A DNA stretch of 64,000 nucleotides from Oopsacas minuta (Eukaryota; Animalia; Porifera). A model generated the notes under the pieces. The model saw only the letters and a list, made by a program, of their open reading frames with translations, was not told the origin of the DNA and ran no database searches. The stretch spans positions 1 to 64,000 of the forward strand of contig JAKMXF010000300.1 in the NCBI GenBank assembly GCA_024704765.1. The letters run 5' to 3'. How positions within the stretch are numbered: the first letter of the stretch is position 1; each line of letters begins with the position of its first letter. Shown here piece after piece: positions 30,671 through 43,921 of this stretch. Made by a program: the position numbers and the translations under genes.

Positions 30671-33600
30671 ACACAAGCTAAAACAGAAATAAATTATGAA
30701 ACACCAAGAATGTTGAAAACTAACTTTAATAGTGAATAATACCATGAATAATGGTACAAGCTAAATATTGGGTTTGTGTCATACTGAATAGCAACAGAGG
30801 AACCACGAACGTTTCAACTGGTTGCGTTTACTTAATTAAGGAGCCAAATAATCCGTGAGATTAACAGTTAGAGCAGGGAGAACTCGGATAACCCGTGAGA
30901 GTTGATATCTCTAGATACTGTTCCGGAAATTAGCTATGCCCATATATATGTAACGAATTTCGTGTTAATCGGGCCACGTACCAGATATTGCAATGGAGGG
31001 GAGGGACAAAAGATGTACAACGTTGCTAATAGTCCATGTTGATTGTCGAATTGCCGATACCTAGCTATCCCCCTATAGAGCTGTACTAAAATCATTGCTT
31101 TGGAGAAAGTCCACGTTCCTTATGAAAGATAAATCATTGGTGTTGGAAATGTTTGTATAATCCCTAGTACACCGGTATCTTCATGGAATGAGTATTATGG
31201 CATGTGATAAAGTGTATGTATGTACACCTGTGTTGATAAAGACAATGAGGTAATAGAATAAATAAACAAATAAATTCGTATCGTGTGGTTAGATTAATAT
31301 AGGGGTACCTGGGCGGAACTGACAAACCTTTTTTTAAGAAATTAATTCAAATCCGGCAATTACAGGACCACTTTTTCTGGTTTCTTTAATATAGGTGGTA
31401 ATTCCAACAAAAATAAGCATATGTATATGGAAATGCCTGACCTCTATAATTCACTCGAACATTCGCTATTTCGAAAGGATTTTGACTTCCCCGGATAGTC
31501 TTCAATGGTATTTTGGAAAGCAGCATGTTATACTCTAGAATAAAACAAATTTGATTTACAGATATGCAGTACACCACGTTATTCGGAACAGCACTATTGG
31601 ATACAATGAGTTCTTTGTGAACATTTTAGAACATTTTCCAAAGGGTTCTATAACCTTTAGGACCTGTCCGAATAGCGATCTAGCGAGGGTCTACTGTAAA
31701 ATGCATCAATAATTACAATAATATACGTAAAAGTTGCTTAAAATGTAAGTTACTGAGCTAGGTGGGGAGGATAATAACCCCAGCCGCCTCCATAGGCTTA
31801 GCTATTACGATGTTTTATCACTCTGATGTAATTGAGCGAAATCTTACTGGATTTACTACTACACGTATTATTTACAAACAATCTGCTTTTTTTGTAGCAC
31901 ATGATTGTAGTTATTCCTCAAATCAATATCATTTGACTTGTCACCTGGGGTGCAAGCTAAGCACAAAAATAGGATATATAACATCAATTCAAAATGTGTT
32001 GGAGAAACTGTAAAAAATTAAAATAGAAGTAGGCAACCAAATTAGCCGTAGTGAAAAAATTACATGTGCATTGCATAGGTATGTTGCAAATATTTGTGCT
32101 TAGAAATGAATGTTCGTAAATATTCATCAATTTATTCTTCCATCAACAGATATGTATTAGAAAACAGAAATAGCACTTCAAATTCACCGTAGAATTTATA
32201 ATGCTACAGAATGACAAATCTTAGAATTGTGAAGTGTGATAAACTTCAAAAGATAAAAGAGAAGTTAAATCTTTATGAAATTCATCACTACACTTTTTTC
32301 GCAAGATAAGATAGATAAACTGAAATATCGTATGTGTGTTTGTATATGTACCTCGTAGCCAGAACGTCGTTTACTAAGTTTAGCCACAAATATCTTTTGG
32401 CTCACTGTTTTGGCAAATATTTAGTGGAATAGTATTACAAATAAATGCCCAACTTTGGAGTGGTCAGAGATTTTGCAGGTTAGTTTTGTAGACAGCATAG
32501 GTCAACATGATTAGAGCATCCATAAAATTATAATATTTGATCCAATTATTCTACAATGTAATAGTTGAAGTTGTGCCTTTGGGTTGTTTTCCTCTGTCTA
32601 GAGGTTATCAAGTTTATGAAGCAGCTTTTTACCTCATCAAATTTAACATAATATCCATGATTAAGGATATAACATAATCAACTCTGCTCATTATTGTGGG
32701 ATATAGTATTTCCAGTGCAATTATGTAAGATGATTCGATTTGTAAATAGTTGAACAATTAGAATATCTGTAATTATCAGAAAGGAAATAAATGAATTTAC
32801 GTGTACTTGAATAATTTAGAAGCTATGGATGTCCTGTACCTACATGATTTTCGCAGTAAGTAATATACATATAAATATTCATATATCATTTGTAAGTAGA
32901 GTTACGGTAAATCCAAAAGGTTAATTAGTGGATACATATGTTTTGGCTATTGAGCATTTGATTAGGATTCATATTCCACGGATAATATCGTATTATCGTT
33001 AGGTATACTTTTAACCATTCTACAACAACATACAATATATTCCAATATAGGATCATAGCGAGCTCAAGAAAACTTGCGTGGATATCGCCAGTATAAGAAT
33101 GTAAACTAGGTCCGGCTCCAGGGGAGGATTGGGCCACAGGGCAAATGCCCGGTGGGCCGGCCATATGGGTTGTAAGCTGGTGGACTAGTGGACTGGTGTG
33201 TTGACAAGCATAACTGGTTTAGGACTATTTGCCAGAGTCTCCTATCCGCCCCTAGTCGGCTCTGTCACCCATCAGTAATAGAACCATTTACAAAAGACTC
33301 GTATAACCCCGTGCAACGGTCTGCTATATCATTTTATACATTTATTGACTCAAATTTTAATTAAGGAAGTTGTTTCTAATTTCACAGAGATAAATCAGGA
33401 ATATATAATGTGTTATCAAGTCTATTATTAGTCTGTCAATTGTTATTATCAATACACTCAAATTGTGGCCGATTTCCAATCTATTTTCAATTAATTGAGT
33501 TGACGAGAGAATGAATGTCATTCCAGACTAATCAATAGGTTGTTGGGATCCAATTCTGGAACCAGGCAGAAATGTATATTATTCACTACACAATTTGGCT

Positions 33601-33980
33601 ATTATTGAATCAACGTTACATTGAAATACACATTCATGAAATCTATACTTTTTGTATTTTAATTTCGATACTACTCTCAATTGATATGCACACAAACCTG
33701 ATCTGGGTGAGTAAAACAACTCAACAGTTCTTGGCATAGCTATGCATATCTTACATAGAATAGGAAAAACATTACATGCAGCTCACATCTCTTCAACTTT
33801 ATATAAAAGGCATCTCTTCGAAACAGAGAGTTAACTAGTGATTCTCGATTCCATATTCTTTCAAATTTTAAGGTGTACAAATTTGTAATTTTTATTAGGC
33901 ATTAACTCGTACGATTAGCAGTTTTCTTGAATTTCTCTTCAGTCTTCTTGGCTTCACCTATTCACAATACAAGTATATCG

Positions 33981-34089
33981 GTAAGTATTCACATAGTATA
34001 AAAGACAATTAAATGTTGCTGTATTAGAAGCAGAGTTGGTTTTAATCGCACACTGATATTATTCACTCTCTTCTCTTTCTATTTTATAG
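33981..34089 (+). other. Probable 5'-UTR intron of RBM24/38
   Basis: GTAAGT donor at 33981, polypyrimidine tract and TTTTATAG acceptor at 34089, 46 nt before the ATG. Confidence 0.6.
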
Positions 34090-34135
34090 ACAATCATAAA
34101 ATTTTTCATTTTATAAATCAGATCAATTTGTCATA

Positions 34136-37100
34136 ATGTCATTAAATATCAAGAAAGACACAATGCTTACTAAAATCTTCGTTGGAGGATTGCCATACAG
34201 TACATCTGATGAGACATTACACTCGCATTTTAAAATATACGGAGAAATTGAAGAAGCAGTTGTTATTAGAGATAAACAGACTAGAAAGTCAAAAGGATAC
34301 GGATTTGTAAGTTAAATTTGAATCAAACATTGTAAACTTCGTTTTTTAATCTTCGCGTTCAATAATGCTAATTTTTTGCCCCAATTTGGTAAAAATGCAG
34401 TCATATTTTAAGTCGCATATTTATGGAATCTCTAATCGAAGTATTTGTACATTTGTATGAATTGTTTAGTCTATGTATATTCTCATAGGCACGGATGGGA
34501 TGTATTTATTCCATTAATTAATTATGGTCGTATTGTGATTATCAAATCAGGTTGAGACTTGAGAGAGAATATCACGAGAACTGCTTTTGTAAATTAATCA
34601 ATGGAATCTCATCTTGACTCCTCCTTGGTAAATGATACTAATTGTTGTATTACCAGTGATATTTCTATGACGATATACACTAAATTGAATCTGTACGGAT
34701 TTTGAAATGAGATACAGGAAATTGTATTTGGATCATATACAATTATGCACCTACTTAATTATTGTTAAATTTGTACATTCAACCCCGCTTAGAGTTAGAA
34801 AATACGCATAATTTTAGAATACAAAATATATTAATTGCCTGATTCAGAATAACTTGAATAACATTTTTGTGATAAAGTGATTGAAGAAAATTCCTAATAG
34901 TGGAATTTGTGAATATGCAAGTATATGCCCTAGTTCTTTCCTAAGTTCTCGGTTATTTGATGGTATATCTGGCAAACATTTACAAATTGACGAGTAAAAT
35001 ATACCACAAATATTACACGATAGCCTCCATGTTGAATTTTTCATAATTCAGAGAAAAGTCATAAATATGAGCCTTCTCAACTAAATGGTATAATTTACAA
35101 ATAGCATATAAATTGATTATTCCATCATCTTATTCACTTCTTAATGGAGTAATATTTCTGCATACGACTCCAGTACAATATATCCTTGCAAAATGGTCAC
35201 GTTTGATTTGCACGAATGCTGTTGTTTGTAATTAAAACCGAACTTGATTATATTTCCTGGAGAATTGCTTTCATTACTTATTTGTTTTTCATCAAACTTT
35301 GATTTATAGATTTATACCGGAAATAAATAAGGTTTTGGATTGAACTTATGGATAACTATATGAAAGTTCAAGTGGATAATAAGAATTACTTACATTTATC
35401 ACGTCAGATCTGTGTGATAACAATATGATATTTGAAAAACTAAATTGGGCATATACAATATGTATGACTATTATATTAAATTAGTGAATAACAGGAATAA
35501 TTTGGTGAAAACTGAATACTTTTGAGATCTATTACTTCTGTAAATGATTAGAAATGAGAAAATCAACAGCTTGAATATTATGGATTATTCAACTAATTTA
35601 TCAAATTTTTGTTCATTTGTTACCTGCTGAGTGGTTGATAAATGCTGATACCGTATTGAGGTCAGTGTTAAGATGATATGTATGATTTGTTATATTTCAT
35701 ACTGTTTTTCATTACTTTAGCTGATAATGGAGAAAGTTAATATTTCATATAGGTACGTATGGTCAACGTTGGTAATTTTCCTAGGCTGCAACTTGAAAGT
35801 CTTTTGGGAGCATATAAGTGTATATGTGGATATATCACTATTAAATTCTTGAAAATAAAATGATGTATGTACTTTAATATAGATTTATAGAGATTTGATA
35901 GAAAATAATTGTTATGATTTACCTCAGTTGTGAGTAAACCAAACAGATTATAACTATAATGTGCTCAACCAAAATGTGGGTTCAATAATAATTCACAATT
36001 TATTTTAACGCAGGTTAGCATATTCCAAATGAAAACATGACTACATTGCTCCTTTAAAATCTCTATCTAAATGTTATGCAACATCTGTGTTGCATATTCG
36101 TTCTATACGAAGCAAAACTTTACCAAACTTGTATAATCAAACCCGCATTCATTATGAAAATTTTTATTGGAGATTTATCACAATGAAACACAGTAGAGCC
36201 AATAATTCAATACTTAGCATTGTAATGTATTTTAATGTGGTAATTATTTATTAGGTTACAATGGTAGAACCTGAAGAGGCAAAGAAGGCTACTGCTACAC
36301 AGAATCCTGTTATAGATGGAAGAGTAGCTAATGTGAATCTCGCATATCTGGGAGCTAAGAAGATGAATAACTCATCATCAGGTAGGATGAAAATTCTAAA
36401 TTGAAAATTTTTATTTTAACTTTTAACTCTTGAACGGATGTTTTTTGGACTATGAATTCTTGTACGCCACTATCAGTCAGATATAAACATAATTTGACCA
36501 GATAGCATCATTATATGTCGATCATTCCGAATTACATGAACTGAATTGACTTCATTGATAGATTTCGACTAGTTTTCTTGCTGTTTATTTCAGGACAAAG
36601 TTTATGACTAGACAATAGACTCCCGATATGCATCACTATTATACAATATATCCATAAACAGTTCAGGTCAACTTGTAAATAATATCATTTCCACAATTGA
36701 TTTGTATAGATAAATAATGTCACGATATGTTGCCATCAAATGAAACTCAATTAAATACCCACTCGGGTGTTATCTACTTTAAAACTAAAACAAATAGCCA
36801 CTTTAATGTATAGGGAAGGCTTCGATTAGCTTGAACTATCATTCAAATATATTAATTGATTCTACTTTTGGACTTCACTTATAAAATAGCGTAATTCAGA
36901 ATGATCTCTACACTAAATTACATATATTTACTTGTTATCCAGTACTCCCGATAAGGTCATTTACATGATAAGAGTAGCTGCATGCCAAACGGCTTCGGAA
37001 TATTGTTAAGTTGCTAAAAAGTAATTATAAGAGATTAGTTGGTATAATTTGTTTAATTCGCATTAATTAGCACTTTCATATTTCCATATTTGATAGTCAA

Positions 37101-39029
37101 TTGCGAAATACCTTTTATGATAATAATAAAGACACATCTTTGCGTAATAATTACGAAGTAATGTAACTAGAAGTTCTAAATATGTGAATATATTGTTTGA
37201 AAGTATTCATAGATATTTCAGATTATCGACACAAATTCTTGAGCAGTGATCATTTAGTTCAACAATGTTGGCTTTATAACCGTCATACACGTGTGTGTAT
37301 TTATAGTTCGATGGAATTCAATAGAAATAGTTAAAAGCGATACTTTGGGATGAGGAATATTTGGCGTTACAGTTCACTTCTGTTAAATCGAAACACTCAC
37401 TTGCTTATAGCATAGAAGTCTGAAATTGTATAAATATGCTCGGAAACCGTCAAAGTAACTCTTCCTATATCTAAGTAATTATCTCGGTCTCTTTCATTCA
37501 TTCATTCATTCATTCAAATCCCAAATGTATCTTGATAAAGAAATTCCGCGATATGCTCTAAATTATTTCGTATACATAATTATTGTATAAATGTTTATTC
37601 TATGGTGATTAAAATACCCAATTGAAATATAGCATCCGCAAACTATGGCATCTGATTTTTGAATGTTATAAGTATACCTTGCAATATTTAATTGCTGCAT
37701 AGCTTGTCTATGCTAGTAGTAAGATAGTGTTTTTAATAGCAATCTTTATAATCAATCGCTACACAATCCACACATTCTTATACGGAAATTCTACAATACT
37801 ACTACGAATAATATATTTACCCTGCTTACTTCAAAAATACATACATGTAGACACGTATCTACATGAGCAGACATTAGCTTACAACAACTTCCCTTGCAGC
37901 AAAATTCGTAGTAGGCATCATGAGCTTACAATGTTAAATAAAACACATAAATGCGAATATAAATCACTGATATTATGCATACGTGTATTAGTCAGGTGAA
38001 TACATTTGAATTAGGTGTAAAATATTTACCTTACATATTTGTTTGTAGATAGCCCAAACAAATCTCAATCTCAATCTCAATCAACAAGCCCGCATCCAGT
38101 GAAAACATCTCCAATGTAAGTTATTAGTCATTACTGTAACCTGAAAATAATATCTTACACATTTAAGCTGTTGGCAAATCAATTACCACAAGAGTAGCAA
38201 TATTACGTAAACGGCGATTCAATAAAATAAAGTAATAATTCTACCTCATATGGCATGTTGTCGCCAAATTGTGTTGATGTTACGTAGATATTTGGAAAAG
38301 GAAACTTTCTTAGCTATAAATGACCAAATTTGAATGAATTAACAATGTATTAGCACAGAAATTACCATAATAACTGATACAACCATTACTTCAACTATAC
38401 TGTACTTTCTAATGCACCTTGATCATAATTAGGACACATTGCATTATTATTCTGCTCAGCACGATTAAAGTTGGCTTCATAAAGATTACTTACCTAATCA
38501 TATTTCAGCATATAAGTTCAAAAATAATTCAATTTTATTTTGACTTAATATGGATATAATATTATCAAAGGTTATATGCATAGACCCCAACCTTTACTCT
38601 ACAAATATTGGTCATCCTTATTATAGTTTACTGGAAAATACACCAGAAATAATCGATATTTTACACAATAAGCACGAAATATGAAAGTATCTTAATACAA
38701 TATTTTGCTGCAAATGAGGATTACTTTGTGTTTATGTATACGAATGATTCAGAAATTAATTAGTTGAATATTTCAACAGGTCGATGTCTTCACCCCCGTA
38801 TGGACACAGTATGTTTCAGGGATTCTATTTCCCACAAATGACCCCTACAGGTCTTCAATACTTCGACATGCCATACCCTCCTCAATACTATTCTCCTTTC
38901 ACACACTTCGCAATTAGTCCCTCTGTCTACGGTACACAAGTTGCTTACATACCTCAACAATATTACAGTGGTAACAGCACGAATAATATACCTTCACCTC
39001 AACTTGTACCATTTCCTTATGTACAGTAG
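34136..39029 (+). CDS. RBM24/38: RNA-binding protein RBM24/RBM38 (RRM), 4 coding exons: 34136-34306, 36255-36381, 38049-38115, 38780-39029 (204 aa); missed by the ORF track
   Basis: [42 protein letters not shown]|VTM...EA.KA....[18 protein letters not shown]. All introns are GT-AG with phases 0/1/2, giving a continuous 615-nt frame into the Pro/Tyr/Gln-rich tail. Confidence 0.92.
37494..37516. repeat. (TTCA)n microsatellite in RBM24/38 intron 2
   Basis: tttcattcattcattcattcattcaa. Confidence 0.8.
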
Positions 39030-39489
39030 AAGTAGATAATCGATGTCAAATATTCTTATTTCTCTCATGCACAGTATTCTAGCCTCCAGGATATCAGAAT
39101 TCTTATTTTGTCCTATACTAATTCTACTTTTTCTCATTCACTAGAAATTATAATATATTGTATATTTTAAATTGTATATATATATTGTTCAATATGTAGA
39201 TTTAGGTATAGATTAATTCTAATCTAGTTTATCTATGCTGTCTCAAATGTTCTCTCATTAGTCAGGTTTTAGTATATTATTAGGACATTTTTACTAAATA
39301 TATTGAATCACTAATTCTTATGTTTATTCAACCATTATACATTTAACCAATGATATTATTCAAGTTATACTTATTATCTAAGGTGCTGTCAGAGGCGTTT
39401 TAGGCCAGTATATTATATGTGCAGCATTTTCACATGTGCCACATGCTGGTTACGCCTCGTGTTGCCGTATATGGGATCGGCGACCCGAT

Positions 39490-39600
39490 CGCGCTCTCGT
39501 GAAGCTGGACGATGAAAACTACTCCATGGTGCACCCAATGGGCAACGCACTTATACCAGTTATAACTACAATGGATATTAGCATTGCAGCGATACCATAC
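39490..39600 (+). pseudogene. Inverted fragment of an NmrA-like gene
   Basis: LVKLDDENYSMVHPMGNALIPVITTMDISIAAI aligns to PVKQEDGSYSMVYPLGNVPLPGVATVDIGTAVA of 42032-42976. Confidence 0.7.
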
Positions 39601-39959
39601 ATGATACATATATATACTTATTCAGATTAACCCCGGGATTTACAAGGGAGTTAGGGGCAGATGAACCTCCTTATTTGTATTATTATATGTTAATTAAGAT
39701 ATAGAACAAGTACACCAGACACTCAGTGGCGGATCCAGGGGATAGGTGGATGTATCTCCAGGGCAATTATACGTACAATATTAGGAATTATCAGATTTAG
39801 GTGTATATTGTGTATACAAGATTAATAATAATGATACGTAACAATGTATCTAATGAATTTAAATGTATTAATGAAATACAGAAATCTCTATTAGCTGATT
39901 AGCACAAAACTAGATCATACCTTACAAATCAGCCTCTCATTCTCCCAATCAGTTCTTGA

Positions 39960-40590
39960 ATAACAGTGCTAAATTATCCTTACACCAGTCTTTGAAGGGA
40001 GTAGGTTTTATGAGAGCTCGTACCTTGTCCATATTCCGAGTTTCACTTACTACATCATGATGGTCTCGGTAGAATTGAAACATATTCGCATATTCAGCAG
40101 CACCAGGAAATCCCAAATTTTTTGAATGCTTCAGGTTCTATACAGACATATTTTACCTGCGTCCCACTGACTTCACTCAGATTATTCGCCATTTCTTCTA
40201 TTAACAGATGATCACTGGCTATCCCGAATTTCTCTCCCGGCTCGCCCAGTCCCTTCTCAAATATAGCAGCTACTGCAGTGCCAATATCTGTTATAGCTAC
40301 ACCTACTAAAGGTGCGTTACCCATGGGGAACAGTAAGGATTACCTACCATCTGCCTGCTTCCCAGTAGCCAACGTTTCGAATAGATTTTCCCAATAGAAA
40401 GCCATATAGAAAAAGGTTATTGGAAGATTTATCTTTTTCATGAATTCATTGACTCTTGCTTTCTCATCCATATGTGGGACCTTGTATTTACCCAATAATG
40501 GTATATCATCCTTATAGTGTCTGGTATCTTCGAGGATACTCCATATTACGTGTTTCATGCCAACAGCTTCTTTCGTTGCCTTTGCAAGAG
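39960..40590 (-). pseudogene. NmrA-like pseudogene (tandem duplicate lacking the first ~100 codons)
   Basis: Matches the 3' two-thirds of 42032-42976 with premature stop/frameshift lesions. A ~317-bp deletion (equivalent to 42674-42990) fuses ...GCAAGAGC to the upstream flank and removes the ATG and the GxxGxxG motif. Flank homology continues to about 41170 versus 43670. Confidence 0.88.
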
Positions 40591-41699
40591 CACTAAATAT
40601 AGAAAATGTTGCCAATACTATAATTAACTATTACCAAACAAAATTGGCTAGGATTTTAGAAATATGGAAATAGATGAAAGCATTCAGGATGATAGTTTAG
40701 GCATTTATTGGATTATTTGGATAGTAATAGTCCCGATACGTACTTTTAAGAAAATAGGATCGAGTAGTGCATACATGCGCTTAATAATCTATTCTTTTAA
40801 ATTGAAATCAAATTTTTACTCCCTGGCCCCCTGGCCTCCTCCTGGATCCGCCCCTAAAATTGGTGACGTACTTGATATGATTCAAGTTACTAGAGTAGTC
40901 TTGTACAATCCAAATCAGCCAGTGGGAATATAAAGTCCTTTCTCCCCAAAATTATATTATTGGTTCATAATATCGTATAAAACACCCACTTCAGTCATTT
41001 CTGATATGCATATTGGAGACACATGAGGTGTTAAGACTTCTTCATTACATTCTATCAAGAGATTTCATTTTGCAAGAATTTTCCTTACTGGTAGAGTAGA
41101 ACCTCTAAAAGTGGGCGAGGACAGCGAATCTCCTTATAAGGCAGATAAGCCCCCATTCTTCAATTATAATGTTATGGGTATGGTAGTTAGCGAACCACAA
41201 GTGTTAGGATATTACTAGACGTTAGCACCTGACTGGTAGAGTAACTTTGTTAGTATCTATATACTTGTTATTATATTATTATCAGTCAGTCTCGTAACAT
41301 GAACACAAATAGCGTCAGATTATATGGCAATCCCTGTCTCATCTCCATCGAAGGATATTTCATTTCTTCAAAACTCTGATTGTAAGCAAACTTCACGTTC
41401 GCAACACATCTCACTGAGAGATATTGCTTTATTCCATCTGTTTTTCTTGTCGAAATCAGTCCGATTTACATGAAAATTGGTAAACAACTAACACATACAT
41501 GTAGGGTTGATGTTATGCACCTTGAGTATGAATTTTTATAAAATGAAGTTTTCATACCTTCTGTGATTAATCATAGTTTCACACATATCTATGCGAATGC
41601 AAAAAGCATGCTCAGATAAGTTTTAACTCATAATCTTAACCGTAGCAAACATGATACTGCCATAATCTCTAAATCTGATTACTTTATGTCCTCAAAAGA

Positions 41700-41920
41700 G
41701 AACAAATATTTATGAAATGTTGTTGACAATATCATATTTGGACTCAGCCTATATTATTACCCCAGTATAGCCGTTGAAAGTATGAATCTACTACGAATTT
41801 GACATTTGTTTACTTCATGTATCTAAAAGTAAACAAATATTCACAGAATGTTGTTTACAATATCATATTTGGACTCTGTATACTCGATTACCTCAGTATA
41901 ACTATTGAAAGCATGTTTCT
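41700..41920. repeat. Degenerate ~130-bp tandem duplication
   Basis: AACAAATATT...AATGTTGTT.ACAATATCATATTTGGACTC...TTACC.CAGTATA.C..TTGAAAG occurs twice. Confidence 0.75.
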
Positions 41921-42031
41921 TGAGATTCAAATATGGATAAATATGTGTGTAAGTAATACATAATACACAAAGAAATCTCTAATATTGAGCACAAAACTAA
42001 ACAATCTCTAAAATATAACAGACAAACTCTA

Positions 42032-42976
42032 TCAGTCTTTGAATAGCAGTCCTATATTATCCTTACACCAGTCTTTGAAGGATGTAGGTTTTATGAGAGC
42101 TCGTACTTTGTCCATATTCCGTGCTGCACGCAATTCTTCATTATGATCGCGGAAGAATTGGAACATATTCCCTAGTTCATCAGCACCAGGAAAACCCATT
42201 TTCCTATATGCTTCAGGTTCCACACATACATATTTCACCTGCTTTCCACTCACTTCACTCAGAATATTCGCCATTTCTGATAGCAACAGATGCTCGCTAG
42301 CTACTCCGAATATCTCTCCCGGCTCTCCTAGTCCCTTCTCAAATAGAGCAGCTACTGCAGTACCAATATCCACTGTAGCTACACCAGGTAATGGTACGTT
42401 ACCCAAGGGATACACCATAGAGTAGCTTCCGTCTTCCTGCTTCACGGGTTTCAGCAAACTGATTAGATTATCCCAATAGAATGAAGTAAGCAAAAATGTT
42501 ACTGGAAGATTTATCTTTTTCATGAATTCATTGACTCTTGCTTTCTCATCCATATGTGGGACCTTATATTTACCCAATAATGGTATATCATCCTTATAGT
42601 GTCTGGTATCTTCGAGGGTACTCCATATTACGTGTTTCATGCCAACAGCTTCTTTCGTTGCCTTTGCAAGAGCCTCTCCTTGTGCGTACTCTTTCTCAGC
42701 GTTCATATGTTCCCAAAAGTTTGTCACAAGGAATGCTCCATGACACCCATCAAAGGATGGTTTCATTTCTTCAATACTTTGATCAAAATCTATCTTCATA
42801 ACTTCGCAGCCCATCTCACGGAGAGATTTAGCTTTATCTCCATCTACTTTTCGTGTCAGAGCTCTCACCCGGAATTTCTTACTTGCTATAAGTGCTCTAA
42901 CAACATTACCCCCTTGAGCACCCGTGGCACCACAAACTGCTATTAGTGGAAGACCTGCTGAAGATTCACTTGCCAT
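42032..42976 (-). CDS. NMRAL1: NmrA-like / HSCARG atypical SDR, 314 aa
   Basis: VCGATGAQGG.VVRAL, VRALTR, FLVTNFWEH, GFPGADELGNMFQF. Confidence 0.9.
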   Translation of the reverse strand: MASESSAGLPLIAVCGATGAQGGNVVRALIASKKFRVRALTRKVDGDKAKSLREMGCEVMKIDFDQSIEEMKPSFDGCHGAFLVTNFWEHMNAEKEYAQGEALAKATKEAVGMKHVIWSTLEDTRHYKDDIPLLGKYKVPHMDEKARVNEFMKKINLPVTFLLTSFYWDNLISLLKPVKQEDGSYSMVYPLGNVPLPGVATVDIGTAVAALFEKGLGEPGEIFGVASEHLLLSEMANILSEVSGKQVKYVCVEPEAYRKMGFPGADELGNMFQFFRDHNEELRAARNMDKVRALIKPTSFKDWCKDNIGLLFKD

Positions 42977-43921
42977 GAATGTCAGATGTCACTAAATATA
43001 GAAAATGTTGCCAATACTATAATTAACTATTACCAAACAAAATTGGCTAGGATTTTAGAAATATGGAAATAGATGAAAGCATTCAGGATGATTGTTTAGG
43101 CATTTATTGGATTATTTGGATAGTAATAGTCCCGATACGTACTTTTAAGAAAATAGGATCGAGTAGTGCATACATGCGGGCTTAAGACTATTAATACTTT
43201 GAGAAAAAACAATCGCTGAGTATAACATGGCTACAAATAGGTTACGTACTTGATATGATTCAAGTTACTAGTATAATTTTATGTGCATTTCAAATCAAGC
43301 AACTGGGAAAATAAAATCCTTCTCTCCCAAAAATTATATCGTATAAATATATATTACCTTAAGTCATTCCTGATATGCATATTGGAGATGCATCTGATGT
43401 TAAGACTTCGCCATTACATCTATATTAAGAGATTCCCAGTACAAGTTGCTAACCAGATAACATTACATGCGATATATATGAAGTAACGAAATTCTGGTGC
43501 CTTTGTCTAACAAACTTTAAGAATTGTTAGTAAATAAGTTACTAGAATACAAATATTTTATAACTAGACTATGAAATATAGACATTGGAAATCAAGAACC
43601 TCTATAAGTGGGGGAGGACGGAGTATCTCCTGATAAGGCAGATAAGCCCCCCTTCCTCAATTATTATGTTGAGTATATTCCTACTGGTATTGATCTATTA
43701 AACAGTAATCTATTGACACCAACTCTTAATTTGCAAAACAACAAATAACTAAGCACAAAGAATACTATGCAATTTCTAAAGCAAATGAATTCAATGAAAG
43801 ACTTACATCCACTAGTATAATATTGTACTTACAGACGGAAGATGTTACCTATTGAATAATAATCCACATGCATTTATATCACTGTCTTGACAAACACACA
43901 CATGTATCAACAGTACTTATC

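Noticed and set aside
31400-31700. Tigger-like MITE pieces (…GAGGGTCTACTG|TA at ~31696; similar fragments near 41095 and 43600)
   Set aside because: The ends are too degenerate to delimit an element or confirm a TSD.
39724-40856. Inward-facing CAGTGGCGGATCCAGG / CCTGGATCCGCCCCTA ends bracketing the NmrA pseudogene, suggesting Pack-type gene capture
   Set aside because: No target-site duplication (CAGACACT versus AAATTGGT), and homology to the parent locus continues beyond the right end (40870-41170). Tandem duplication plus separate MITE remnants explains it better.
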